Source: Calcarisporiella thermophila CBS 279.70
Lineage: Eukaryota; Fungi; Calcarisporiellomycota
Direction: 5' to 3'
Assembly (NCBI RefSeq): GCF_041956535.1
Contig: NW_027192214.1
Location: 402,974 to 466,973 of the forward strand
Length of the DNA: 64,000 bases
In this document: in pieces, positions 1 to 13,278 of the stretch
How positions within the stretch are numbered: position 1 is the stretch's first letter
Layout of the letters: each line of letters begins with the position of its first letter
Made by a program: the position numbers and the translations under genes
Notes under the pieces: model-generated
Database searches by the model: none
Seen by the model: the letters and a program-made list of their open reading frames with translations, nothing else
What the model was told of the DNA's origin: nothing

Positions 1-315
1 ATGAAAAAGTTGCTGGCAAACTTGCTCATCGATGGGTGTCATTTCATTTTTTTTCTTTCTCTCTTGTTTTACCACTCAATAAAATTTGATCTTTGAATAA
101 TAACTCCCCATCTAAAGAATCCGAGCACTCTTGGATGTGGCAAAGTCACCTCAGAAAATAGGTACGGGCCGTGGAGATATTCAACTAAGGAGCTTGGGCC
201 AAGGCCAATCAAATCGGGCGCTGGAGAAAATTGCCATTTCCAAGCAAATATCAGGTGGCAAAAACCGATTTTTCTCTTCACACTTTATTCTCCCCCCCCC
301 CTGGTGTGTGGGAAG

Positions 316-1200
316 ATGACCCTACTCGTTTATCGTAGTGAAGAAAATGCGCCCATTCCCATTCCTCAAGGAGCGGTGCCCGTTGTCAATGTGGAGAAGG
401 AAATCATGGATCATTTCCACCGAGGCCCTCCTCCATGCTACGTGAGGAATCGGGGTGTGCGGCAAAAGGGGAACGAAATTGAGGTTGACATCGAAGGTAG
501 GCGAGTAGATTAAGAATGGTGGACTATCTCAAGCCGGCTCATGCGCATTTCTTTTTCACTCTATTTAGTCAACAGCAAAAGAGTCGTGGTCTCCATCGCA
601 CAATCGCTCTCGCTGCTTCATAGGCCAGGTATGACCGGCGTGGTTGTGTGGGATTCCGCGCTCGCGTTGCTTCTCTTCGCGATGAAGCATCGCCATTGGC
701 TCCAGCTCTCCAGCATGCATGTGCTTGAGCTCGGGTGCGGCGTTGGCTTGGTGGGGATTGGCCTGGGCTATCTCACACGGGGGTGCATCCTCACCGACCG
801 AGCCAGCGTGGTGGAACTGGCTCGAAAAAATATCCGCCGAAACCCTGGGATCCAGGAAAAGGTAACGGCAAGAGAGCTGCTGTGGGAGGTCAAGGACGAC
901 ATTCCTCTTCCCGCCTGGGTCCGGTGTGATCTTCTCGTGGCTGCGGATTGTGCGTACAACGACGAGGTGATAGAGCCCTTTGTCTCCACGCTCGCCCGCA
1001 TTTGCAGACAGGGCCGGCGCACCCTGGCCTTGCTCTCCCAGGAGCTGCGGTCGGCCGAGGTGCACGCTATGTTCCTCGAGAGAATACTTGCCGCGGGTTT
1101 TGCCATGTACAGGGTGCCCGACCGTATGCTGGAAGGGTTGGGGATTGCGGGGGTGGCCATCTATTTAGCGTGGCTACGGGAAATGCAAGTGGAAGAGTGA
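316..1200 (+). CDS. Class I SAM-dependent protein-lysine methyltransferase (Methyltransf_16; Rkm5/METTL21-like), 2 exons (intron 497-568)
   Basis: TGVVVWDSA, VLELGCGVGLVG (motif I), LTD and AADCAYN motifs; a GT..AG intron joins ORF 304..513 to ORF 541..1200 in frame. Confidence 0.85.
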
Positions 1201-1660
1201 GCGGCAGTGTGCTTCTCTTTCTCGCTGTTGCTTCCTTCCAAGAACTCTGCTTCCTTTTTATTTTTGGTTTCTTTGTTCCATGCTTCTTTCTGTATTTGGA
1301 TTCCTCTTGCTTTGTTTTTTGTGTGTACATTGGTTCGAGCGTTGGAGAACTCTCAATGTGTGTTTTTTTCATTTATTTTTCTTTGTATTTGACCTTGTGA
1401 ATGACTTGTTTCCTAAACGCTGGCTTTATTCTTTTGTGCTGCTTAAGTGGATGTTGTAAAAAAGGATCTTGAAATAAAATGCTACTCGTTTCCATCAGGT
1501 TGATATGGTTCCTATGTCGGACGATTTCATTTTCCCAAGATTAAGCTGGGAGAGCAAGGGGGATCTAGTTAACAGAATTCGGACTAGTTTCAGACATCTG
1601 TCAGACGAATCGTCATCGCGCTCTTCATAAAAGGGGGGCGAGCGTTTTTTCTTGCGGTCC

Positions 1661-2378
1661 ATGTCCGATCAAACAGGGATCGAGGGAAATGAAGTGTTCC
1701 AAATGACAACCATGAACAAGGATCCAACCAATAATGACGAGGAATCGACACGTCAATCGCTAGAGCTCAAGATCAAGGAGCTGATAGAGACCCTGTTTGA
1801 GCTAAGCATCATGGTGTATGATTTTCAGCCGGAGAGCAATGAATTGATATACAAGAAAATGTAATATATCCATCGAAAAGAAATTCAATGTTGCATAGTC
1901 CCTATGGGGCTAGGGGAGAGAGGAGACAAATGGAATGCTAACGATGGGTGCTCTTGCTGTTTCCATAGTAACGATTTGGTGCAACACTACTCGAGCCTCG
2001 ATCATATGAAAGATTTACTTGAGCTGCAAATACCACAAGAAGTGGTTCGGTAATGCAACCCTCTTTGGCCTCTGCACCGGCACACCCCTCCTTTGCCTGG
2101 TATTAACCCAATCTTCTTTCTCCACAGCTATGTCGAGGAAGGGCGAAATCCCGATCTATGCACTCGTGAATTCGTCCAACAAGCCGCAGTGCAAAACCAA
2201 GTGACATGCGGAAAAATCGAGGCCATGAAGGTAGGTGGATCTCGTATTTTATTTTTGAAACAAACGCTGAGCCTTCTCTCGATCGGTTGGTCCTATTCAG
2301 AATTTCCGCAATGTGTTGAGTGAAGAGATGACGAGAGCATTCCCAGAATTTGCAGATGTCTTAGAGCGGGAGCGGTGA
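1661..2378 (+). CDS. MED10: Mediator subunit 10 (Nut2/Med10), 4 exons
   Basis: LIETLFELSIMVYDFQPES ... LQIPQEVV ... YVEEGRNPDLCTREFVQ ... NQVTCGKIEAMK ... FRNVLSEEMTRAFPE; canonical introns. Confidence 0.92.
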
Positions 2379-3374
2379 CTTCTTCAGCTCCTCTTATGAT
2401 ATTCTTTTTGTTGTGTGTGTGTGTTCTTTCTACTTCATAAGAATCTCTAGATGGCTGTATGTACATCTCTTAATTTCCACGCGTCATTGATTCTCCCCTC
2501 TCTCCCCGTATTCCTTTGCTTTGTTATGGCTTGTTTTTCTATGTCTTTCGTTCCTTTTTTCGGTTAATGCATTCTTCTTCCGCTAGCTGTTCCTCTCCGC
2601 CCGAACAATTCTTTCTCTTTTTTTCCTCTGGCCTGGAAGGGTCAGCGATGGCATTGGCAGAACCTACCCTCGTTCAAATACAATGAAAACGGATGCTATC
2701 ATTATGAAGCCAATTGTCTATCTCCTCCCTAGGCAACTTTGCCAATTCGACTCGAGTAGGCAATGTTGTCTTTTGTTCCATGCATCGGCGATCAAGGAGA
2801 GATCCGAGTGAATACTAGCATGAGGTAGCGAAAAATGGACCTTAAAGTATATTTTGCTAAAAGAATAAACAAGGTTGCATGAGCGTGTCCCCCTGTGAAC
2901 TGTATTGCTCGCTGCATTAGATAGCGTATTCTCCTGAGAGTACAGCTATCCAAATGCGAATCCTTCTGCCCCTGCAAGGCATGGAAGGAGACGCTTTCGA
3001 CCAAGCCATATGGCCCGTTCGATGCGGCTTCCAAATAAAGGAATTTTTCATCAAAACTTCTTTATGTCGGAACTTGAGCCGGTGCGCACTCTATGCAGCA
3101 CCGTACACATATACAAAAAAGGACACACAGATCAATTGAAATATTGGCATAGAGCACAACAATGTATATACGCTTGTTATTTTTTTATATATATCTATAT
3201 CAAAAAGAAAGAGGTAATAGCAACAGGTGAACAAACAAACAAAAAGGCTAACAGAAAAAAATGGAAGGCAACGAGAAACTCATAGGGAAACCAGAAAGCA
3301 AACAAACCGCGCGCATCGTCTTGAGGTGCAAAATAAAGCGCCGCAGGGGACACCGCCCCTGCTCAGGGCGGCTG

Positions 3375-6300
3375 TTAACTCTCACTCTCCTTCGATGGCT
3401 CCTTGCCCTCATCATGATCCTCTGACCCTTTTCCGTTGTATTCCTTCAGCATCCTCTCCACCTCGTCCAGCACATTCTCGTCCAGCTCGCCCACCACCAC
3501 CTCCTCCTCCTCTGCCTCCTCCTCCGAAAGCCCCGAGGCCGACTCGGACTCGGATCGCTTCACGCCCAGATACGATGAATTCTGCTTGTCCTCGCCGGCC
3601 TCTTCCTCATTGGTGGGCGTCTTTGGAGGGGATTTGGTGGGCGTCTCCAACTTCGAGCTGCTTGCGCTTGCAACCGATGGGGTGGTGGACTTCCTCCCGC
3701 CAGCCGAAGGCGTCCCCACCCCACTGCCCAAGCCGTTCCCCCCCACCCGGTTGGCAATCTTGGCCCCCTCGTTCCAGAGAGAGTCGAAAATTTCGCGAGC
3801 AAGTCCGCGCTGCCGCTCCAGCTGCGGCTCGAGGAGGACAAAGGAGCGGGCAAAATCCCGATCGAAAAAGCGCTCCAGAACCTCGTCGGCAAGCACCACC
3901 ATCCGAAACGAGGGGAGCGTCATGCGCAGCTCAATGTCAGCCGTTTGGTTGACGGCGCTGACTCGCTGCTGCAGGTCCATGCCCTGGTCCAGGCGAGGGG
4001 CCTCGATTTTCGCCGCGGCGGGCGAGGCGTTGGTCGGGGGGGGCGCTTCCGAATACTCGTAGGCGTTCCGGATGAACGCGGACACGGCATTTAGGTACTG
4101 GTCGCTCTCCGCACGCCGAAAAATAAACAGCAGTGTCTCTGCCATCTGCAGCACATCCTCCCGCGTCAGGACGCCATCGCTGTCCCGATCATGCAGGGCA
4201 AAGAAGAGCTCCATTTGCGAGAAGAGATCCCCATGCAGTATCTCGCCCAGCCCAAGGACGATGTCCTGCAGCGTGAGCTTGCCCGAGTGAGACGTGTCCC
4301 ACCGCTGGAAGAGCTTGTCGATGAACTTTCGCCCCACCAAGCTTCGCGGGGCCTCCTGCGCGTCGGCCTCCCCCGCGTTGTTCGCATTGCTCGTGCTGTT
4401 TTTCAACGGCTTTCCACGCATGGCCACGTTTTCCCTCCGCTGCAGCTCCTCGTCATCGTGCACCGTGTCGGCCCACGGCGCGATGCTCGCCAGGAAGCTG
4501 CGGAATGTCCTCAAGTCCATCCGAGAGTCCGTGCGCTCGCCCTTCTGCAGGGCATAGAACTGGGCCGACTGGAATTTGTCGTAGATAATGGAGATTTCCT
4601 CCTTGGTGAACTTGGCCGTGTCCTTGAGGTTGCGGATGGCGCTCCGCTTCGTGTACGACTCGATGTTCGCCACCACCGACAATTGATGCTCGCGGCGGAG
4701 CTCCCAGATGCGCTCAGCCGTCACCATGGCAAACTCTCGGGAGGCCACCAGCGTGAGCTCGGAGAAGCGCGTCAAGAGCCGGGCGCGGGGGTTTTTGCTG
4801 TTTGGGTACACGCGCTCGTCCAGCGTGGCAAAGTAGTCCTTCAGCACGTTGATGAAAGCGCCGTCATCGCCCGCCTCCAGGAGCTTATCGCCATTCACCT
4901 TGAGCACGGCCAGGCCGACTTGGAAGAGAACCTTGGGGCCCTCGAGGAAGAACCAGTCCAGGACCCGGAATGCGTAGATGAGGGGCATCGAGTTGATGTA
5001 GAGGCTGAGGAACCAGGGTAGACATGCGACCGAGAGTTGAATGTCCGTCTTCTTGAAATGCTCGTGGAGAACGGGCATGGTGGTCTCAACGAGCTGGGCA
5101 AAGATGAGCTGGTCCAGCAGGGCGCCGTACATCGAAGTGCTATACATCACGCAAGAAAGCACCGGTTCAGAACCGTCGACAAAAGCTTGGGCTTACAAAA
5201 AGTGTCACCTACCTATAGTAGCCGGGTAAGAGGCGATCGCAGAGGACACTCAGCGTCCAGAACGCTTGCTCTTCGCTCATGTGTCTGTAGGTAGGTCAAA
5301 TATATACATCATCCACATAGGTAATGCACAGTTCAACGCTAGAACTCACATCAAGATAGCAGAAATGACGATGTTCATTGCCTGGCAATAGCCTAACTCT
5401 GGGTTCTTCCACGCATAGGTCGTCAGCACACGTCGCAACACGTCGATACCCTCGGGCGTCTGATAGGCGGGATATTCGGGAAGCGATCTGGCAAGGGGTA
5501 GAAAAAACTTGTAAGAACGTTCCGGGCGAAAATCTCGCCGTATATGATCAACCCACCTGTTCAAATCCTTTTCAATTTCGTCGGTCGAAAGCGATGCCTT
5601 CCCGGCATGGCTAGAGTAGATTTTCTCGTAGAGACCCTCATTCATGAACCGCAAGTGCATAGCACCGGAGCAGTATTCCCAGATTTCCCCACGCAGTTTA
5701 TTGGGCAGCCCGACCCGCACAAGCTTGTTGAACGCCGGGGTCCGAATGGTGGTCAGGTTGCGGCCATGCTCCTCAAAGTATTGCTTCCAGAGTTTGAGCT
5801 TGCTTTTATCTCGCAACCTACCGCGTGTGTATAGAATAAGAATATGGCATGATCAGATTCAACTCAAATTGTACATACTTCTTCGCATCGCCAAGAAATC
5901 CATATTGCAATCCCAGGCCGCCCTTCACCTCATGAGACTTGTCCAGCAATAGCACCTCCGAATAACATGTGGTCAAAAAAGGCTTCAGCATTTTCATGAA
6001 CTTGACCTGCGCTCGCAAATTCACCTTCAGCACCTCGCAGAAGCTTTCGCTCCGTGTCTTGAGTTCATTCAGGTAGAGGTTGAGTTTCATGTGATGCCAG
6101 GTGATGATCGAGAGAGCATAGAGGTGCGATTTTGTTTGGAGACGTTCCACCCGACGGACGGTATAAAGCGGCAGTACAAACGATACAGGTTCGCGCTCGT
6201 CAGCTGCAAAAGTGAGGAAGGTCTCGGACAAGAAGAGCCTTCCGTTTGCAACCTCAACACGCCCGTCTGATAACGGCAGACTAAAAACGGCTTTGGACTC

Positions 6301-7694
6301 CACCATTAAATGCTCAGTCACTGGAAGATTGAAGCGTAGACGGAAGTTGTTGTCGCGTTTCTGTTCCTCAAGTCCCTGCTTGAATGGGCGTGTGAGCTGG
6401 ACGCGTTCGAGGGTATCTTTCACGTCAGCGAGGCTATTGGAATCACCCATGGCTGCCTCGGCGTCTACATCGTGGAGGGATGTGCCAGAAGAGGCCATCT
6501 CAAGGGCTGTGTTCTTCAGAAGTCTTTGCATGGAGAGGCTCGTTAACTCCACTAATGTGTCATAAGTCTAAAAAAGAGGGATATAAAATATTAACTTTCC
6601 TTCCCTTATCAAGGTGAAAAACAATGCTACCTCATCCCGATGGAACAGGTTCGAGAAACCATGCTACATGAAAGAATTAAAAGAAACTGTAAGTACGCCA
6701 TTTGAGAAAAACCGTGAATTAGAGAACTCGGTGGAATACCTCTGTCTTGTCCTTCATAATTATCCGGAGTGAGTCTGAGAACACCCCACGTTTTGATCGC
6801 TCCTTCTTCAAATCCTGAATATCCTTCAATTCCAGCACCAGTTTGGTCTCCATTCCCAGCACGTAGGAGTAGAAGCAAAGGTAGTTTTCACTGATGTACA
6901 TCCAGCCTTGATTGAGGAAGTGACGATGATATGAACATGAATAAACTAAGCGAATACGAAAGAAAAAGGTTAAGCTTCCATTTCTGTGCCGTAGAAGAGG
7001 GCTGACCGGCTACTTACAGCTAACGAGACGTTCATTAGCTGGCATGCTAAATGTCTGACGAAATGCTCTCGAAGCAGAGCGCAGCTTCTCATCCGCCGAG
7101 AGTTCGTCATCACCAATACCTATACATGAAAATGAGTGACGATATATGAAAGGCACGGTAGGCAAAGACTGACCTGTCTCTGAAACAATAAAGTTAATTT
7201 TGGTTACTATCCAGTTTTCTTTCTCAGCCGGATCCTCTAGGACATCGAGCTTTTCTAATAAATTAGCTTAGAAAATGACAAAAATAAGCTCACGCTGTTC
7301 TCACTCGATTCTTCAGTAAATAACCAAAATTTACTTTCTATCCAAGTCCAGGCTTGTAATATTTGACTCTCTGACTCGGAAACCGCAATGAGTAAGGAAG
7401 GCGCGTTCACATCGCGTCGAAAAAGAATGCGGAAGGGTGGCTGCTTTATCTCAAATCTAAAAATACCGAGGTATGTTATAGTGGAGAACAATTCCAAAAA
7501 TGCACTTTGTCCATCACTCACACATTCTGGATGGTTCCAAGCACGCTCTTGAGCATGCCCGAGCCGCCTTTTGTTCTTTGAAGCAAGAAATGATCGTTTG
7601 TGCGTACGGTGTCCCAAAAGGGATTTATAGTAATGTCTACAGGTGTGGGAAGGGTGAACACTTGCCGAGGCGGTTCACCTGCTAGAGAAGCCAT
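3375..7694 (-). CDS. GYP2: Rab GTPase-activating protein with GRAM domains, TBC domain and EF-hand (Mdr1/Gyp2, TBC1D8/9 family), multi-exon
   Basis: GRAM segments ([23 protein letters not shown]; [12 protein letters not shown]), TBC R-finger IEKDLNRS and Q-finger GYCQAMN, EF-hand [12 protein letters not shown]; start [16 protein letters not shown] at 7694. Confidence 0.92.
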
Positions 7695-8280
7695 TCTTGC
7701 GATGGATGCTAATAATGATTATATCACAGTATCTAATGAGCGGAACTTTTGAGATGAACAAGGTGGCGAAGTGCACTTTTTTTTTCAAGTCAGAGTGGCT
7801 TATGAATTAATGGGTCTCACTTGGTTCTCCAAGGCTAGGTAAAAAAGCTAGTGCTCCTTGTTGCACTCTAGGAAAAACGAAAACCCATCCACCCCCAAAT
7901 GATAATTATTACAAAAACGTGCTTAGTTAACAATTTGAAAGTCCAGTACTGAGGGTAGCGAATTAGAAAAAAATTTTGTACTATATTTGTTGGAAACTTC
8001 TTCCTCAACATCAAACTTAATAGTGTGAGCGATTTTGACTAATCGAGGATATATCAATGCGCACATATACCGATTCGAGAAAAGGTTTGAAGTTGAAAAG
8101 ATTGAAACTGCAATTCTCGCGGCTCTCGATTAACGCGTTTTTACGTGTATCGAGTGAACTTTGGGGAGGGTTAACGTCATCTTTAATTTAATTTGTGCTT
8201 GAAATTTTTCGAAAACACTTATTGCCCATTGACGAACCCAATCCCAACCCATCGATTTTCACCGAAACCACCGCAGTTAT

Positions 8281-10992
8281 ATGACAACAATAGAGCCCCA
8301 GCAAGTGGATCCCACTGCTGCTGATGCCGCTACTGTATTAGACCAACAAGTACGGCGGGTGTTTGGAAATGCGAAGCGAATATGGATGAGCGAACTCCTC
8401 AAGCTTGTGGAGCAAGACGAGGCCGAGCAAGGCTTCTCCGTATTCGACGAGGGGACTAAGAACACAATACGGGAATTCGCACGTCAATATCCAACATTTG
8501 ATGTCAGCGCTGACGAGCTGATTCCTAACCTTGTCGCACTCCTACAATCGCAGCAATCCCAAACGCAGGAGCAGCAGCAGCAACAATCAGAAGCAGTCGA
8601 AGAAAGGACAAAAGAAAGCACTCCGGAACCAAAAGAGTACTCAAGTGAGGATCAAGATAGAGAAGAGAAATTGTCGAATGAAAAAGACCAGCCTGCCCTT
8701 GCGGAATTTGCAGGAAGAAGGCGTACAACCCCCGTACTGAAAATTGCAACCCCGAGTCGAAGATCGCGAAGACGGGCGGGAGGACGATCTGGAAGTGTTT
8801 CTAGCGCAGGAGGATACGAATCAGATCGAGCAGGAGTAAGCTTCACACACGCATTATCTTTCTACTTTTTGAGAACACTTATTCTTTTATTCCTGTTTGT
8901 AGAGCCCAGATACTTTGGGAAGATCCACCGATTACTTTGCTCGCTCAACAGACTCGCCCACCAGGCAGCAACGCGTGGAAAGCCCATCACTTCCATGGCC
9001 GGATCCCTCCCTCAATGGCAACCCAGAGTTTGGGCCTGATGAGGGGTTAATCACAATGAACGAATTTTTCCATCCAGATGTATGGTGCTACCTATTTCAT
9101 ATGCATTTTACACTCATTAACGTCTTATTTTTGCGATTATTTTAGCTTCCCCCTGGAACTACGGTTGAGCAATTGTTAGAAGAAAATAAGGAGCTACATC
9201 AAAAGCAGCGTCAGGCAGAGGAGATGGAGAAGCAGCTCCATCAACGGGAGGAGGAAATCCAAAGACTACGACGTGAGCAGCGAGATTTGAATGGTCAATT
9301 TCTGTCTCTCAAACGTGAGAACAACGAGCTCTTGAACAGAGAGAAGAAGAGGGCGAGTGAAATATCCCAGGTATATCTTTATTAATATTACCGTTTCATT
9401 TCAACAAACCTGACGCAATTATTTTATTTTTCATTAAGCTTCAAGAGGAACTCTCCAAGGCCGTCAAAACAGCTAACGATAACAAGCGTTCGAGTGAACA
9501 GAACATGAGACTGTATGATTCTAAATCAGGTTAGTTTCATTTACTTATTCCGGGATCATTTTTGAAAAATCAAATATACTTTCTGCAATTTCCAGAGGAG
9601 GTTGGTAAACTTCAACAAGTCATGCGCCAGAAAGAGCAGCACCAACAAGCGCTGCAGAACAGCATCAATGAGCTCGAGGACGAAAAGCGACGTCTCACTA
9701 TCGAAAAGGACCGGTTCGAGTCTGCAGCGCGTGATTTGCGACACGAGCTACTCTCGGTGGAATTGGAACGTGACAACGTCAACAACGATCTACAACGCAT
9801 GGAAGAAGCCTATCAAGAACTGAAAAAGCGATATGAAGAAGCTCGATTAGAGAGATCAAGTGCCGGAGTTGTATCGAAACGCCCAGAGGCTGTCAAGGTT
9901 AATTTGAATTTGAAAGATATTTTTTAGCTCCTACTGATATTTTTATTTTCTTGCAGACGCTTCATTCGGAACTACTTGATTTGGGTCTGCGTGAGCCAAA
10001 TGATCCGCTCAAACGCTCATGGTCTCGCAATTCCCAGGTACCCAAACGAATTATTTTACTGAAATTTAAGATTGTTTTATAACCTTTTTTTTTTAATAGA
10101 CGGACCGCGTTAAATCTCTCGAAGAGAAAGTCGAGTATTACAAGCAAGAAGCAGATAAAGCACGTTCAAAATCACTAAGCGGTATTTACACACATGCTCT
10201 TTCTTTTTTCGTGCTCAAGCGTTCCATATTTATTTTTATTTTTAAATAGTGCAAGAGCAATACCAGACTTACCGGGCTACCATGGAATCCGGCAAACAGC
10301 AGCTCCGTGAGCAGATCCAGACTCTCGAGCTAGAGCTTCATCGCCAAAAGGAGGCCAATCTAGTCCTGTCTTCAGCGACTGGCCCCTCCATGTCTGAGGT
10401 GGGCGTTCAACATGTTCCTGTCATGCAAGATCGCGATGTTCAAACCCAGACGACCACTCATACTATCTCTGTGCAATGCGAGCCGTTGCTCAGGGCAGAG
10501 GCATCTGTCCAATGTGCGCTGGGTGGCAGCAGTCTTGAAGGTGATAGAGAGATCAGAATAAGACAGCAGGTGCTAGCCTCAGAACTCAGCGTGCAGGCTG
10601 CGTTGGTGGAGGGATTACTAAAGACGCACAGAGAACGTAGCAAGAAGAAGGCTGAATCCCTTGCCGGCCAACAAGAAGCTGCTCGCAATACCTTGGGCAC
10701 TTCCCACGCTGCCCCTCTCCCCTCGGCCATCACCACTAAACCCCCTCTCGCCTCTGTCCAGAGCTTGCGGAACGATTTCTTCGGCTCGGTCACGGTTATC
10801 GCTATTGTGGTTTATTTGCTTGGTGTAATCTCCTCAAAGTGGATGCAATCTCATCCTGATCCCGACTTCCCCTTGCCGGGGTGGGCAGGCGGTTTCGCAT
10901 CTGTGCACTCTAGAAGTGGTATGATGGAAATGTTTGTATATTGGTGGGAAACATTGCTTTGGAGCGGCGACTCGGCAGGTTTACCTACGTAG
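8281..10992 (+). CDS. Coiled-coil, C-terminally anchored membrane protein; probable KASH-domain (Kms1/Kms2/KASH5-like) outer nuclear membrane protein, multi-exon
   Basis: Long heptad-rich exons (9173-9385, 9562-9927, 10249-), one TM helix (GSVTVIAIVVYLLGVIS) about 50 aa from the end, aromatic-rich tail ending ...WWETLLWSGDSAGLPT*. Confidence 0.65.
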
Positions 10993-11557
10993 TTTTTTCT
11001 TCACGTTTGTATGCCTATATAAACACTCTACATTACTATACTAATTTGACGATTTTTCTTTATTTTTTCATCCGCTTATATTTATAACCCCATTGTTTGT
11101 GAACAATAATATCTTATAGTGTCCAGCTGTATATTTGTAAACCACTCTCCTTTTTAAGCACCATCTCTCTTCCTCCTTTATTTCCACTCTATATCTGCAA
11201 ATTTTGTTTTCGCTTTCTGCTCTCTACGTAATAATATTTAGCGTTTTTATCAGTGATTTTTTTTTTCAAGGAATATAGCTCAATTCTGAAGGAAATAAAC
11301 GCAATGCAGAACTGCATTGATATTTTTCGAAGATTCTATTGTTTCAAGCTTTCACCGGTGGAGTTAGAGAGCTCATATTAGAAACTCATACGAGTTGAGA
11401 GAATCCAGGAGAAGATAGCCATTTCTTTGAACTTTATTCTGCTGCAACTAAAATAGTATTTGGTAAACATCGATGGAAAGTTAAAAAAAAAGGGGGGGGG
11501 GGAGGTAAAGTGTCAATCATCTAAAAGAGAAAACTACGGAAAATGTAATGTATCAAA

Positions 11558-13278
11558 TTAAATGATAAATATTTGGTTAGTGTCGATGGGATGTGAGGAA
11601 GAGAGCTGTGGTTTTTGCGTGTACTTGGTTAGGAGAATTTGCCTCATGCTCACAAGAAGCTGTCTATATGAAATAGGCTGTTGCTGAACAGAGTTCATGC
11701 TATCGAGGGAAAGTAGGGATAAAAAGTTATATATGGCCCAACTTCAGGAGGAATCCTAGAAACCTACACTGAAATAAAAGCAAAGCTCATAGCACCAGTA
11801 TTCATGCCCGCCTCTGTTAGAAATCAAAAAGGAACTTAGTCAGAAGACGCCGTGGTTAAACATTGATCCAATATCCTCTACCGGTTGTGTCTGCCGATGT
11901 TTGGTTATCCTTGCATCCTCCAAGAGATATCACATCCGCTGGACTCCCTCTCGATTGCTTGGCATATTCTCGGCTCTTCTTGCCCCTTGTCAGCATCGTT
12001 CCAATCGTACTGACGGTCTTGAAAATACCACCAATATCTCCGCGGAGATAATCTCCACCCATGCTCATCAGAGAGGAGCCCGCGGTAGAAACAATGGTGG
12101 TTTCTTTAAGTGTACCTTGTGTGCTGTACATGTATGGAAGATCCAGGGCTGACCCGGAATGGCAAGAGTCAAAGATGGCAGTAAGTCGGCATCCTAATAC
12201 AACCACAACAAAGTCAGTGTACCTAAGGCATAAAAGAATAAAGGATACTATCAAAAGAGCGGTATACCTGGAGGCAGTGGTCTCACCAGATGATAGTGCA
12301 TTTCGTCATCGACAATCATTCCGGCTACCGAGTGGTCCACCGGGTATATTGTTTCATCCATCCCATCTTCTTCGTCTCCGTCAAGATCTCTTGTTTGGCC
12401 TCCGTGGCCAGAAAAATGGAAGAAGAAGGAGTCGTTGGGCTTTGCGTCGCGCACGAGCCACTGGCAGGCCGCCACTATGTTTGCTCGAGTTGGCTGGAAC
12501 TTGGGATCTTTTTGATCATCCGTCAGTAAAACCATATCGCCTTCACGCCAGCCGCGAGACTGGAGGAAATTTTTCATATTTTTAACATCGTTGATGCAGC
12601 CTAATTTATAAATAAGCAGCGATAAGTTGGAGGCAGAAAGCGAAACGGCAGAGACAGAGAATAACGAGGAAAGAAAAAAAGAGATGCAAAAAAAAAAGCA
12701 ATCCAAAAATTTGGAATGGAAAATGCCCTACCTCTCAATTCTCCTTTCTGCCCAAAATAGTTGATTCCAATAAGCACTGCTTTTCTCGCCCCGGTGCAGT
12801 TACTTATTTGATAGTTATTTGGAGCAGGACCCGTAATTGGGTTCATGTGGCCGATCATTGCATCTCCCGCATTCGGAGTTGTGGGTGGATAATAAGTTGT
12901 ATTCGGACCATATGGCTGTGGAGGAGGGGGATAAGGTGATCCATTAGAAGATTGCGGGGGAGGAGGGCCTTGAGGTGGAGGGTAGGCCGCATGTCGATCA
13001 TTAGCAGGAGGGGGATAGTAAGGCCCATTTGAAGGAGGGGGCGGTGGATAAGCGGAAGGTGTATAGGGTGGGGGCGGGGGAGGATACGCATTGGAAGGCG
13101 GATAGGCATTAGAAGGTGGATAAGCATTTGGGGGCGGATACGAATTGGGAGGAGGATACGTATTGGAAGGAGGATAAGCGTTGGGAGGTGGTGGATAAGC
13201 ATTAGAAGGGGGCGGGTAATAGTTTTGAACCGGTGGTTGCGTTCCGTATTGTGCTCTGTACTGGCTGCCGGGATACAT
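11558..13278 (-). CDS. MCA1: Type I metacaspase with Pro/Tyr-rich prodomain, multi-exon
   Basis: [33 protein letters not shown] (catalytic His), [18 protein letters not shown] (catalytic Cys), C-terminus [22 protein letters not shown]. Confidence 0.96.
13070..13210 (-). repeat. Coding tandem repeat, about 7 x N[A/T/S]YPP[P/S], in the metacaspase prodomain
   Basis: [45 protein letters not shown] in ORF 12601..13278. Confidence 0.85.

Noticed and set aside
1-281. Minus-strand ORF 69..281 as the start of a divergent gene
   Set aside because: Truncated by the window edge, no recognisable product.
3227-5021. Long + strand ORFs (241, 208, 276 aa)
   Set aside because: Antisense shadows of the GC-rich last exon of the RabGAP; no recognisable domains.
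3375-5140. GC-rich, intronless 1.8-kb block as possible foreign DNA
   Set aside because: It continues the TBC reading frame seamlessly through canonical introns; similar GC-rich exons occur in other genes here.
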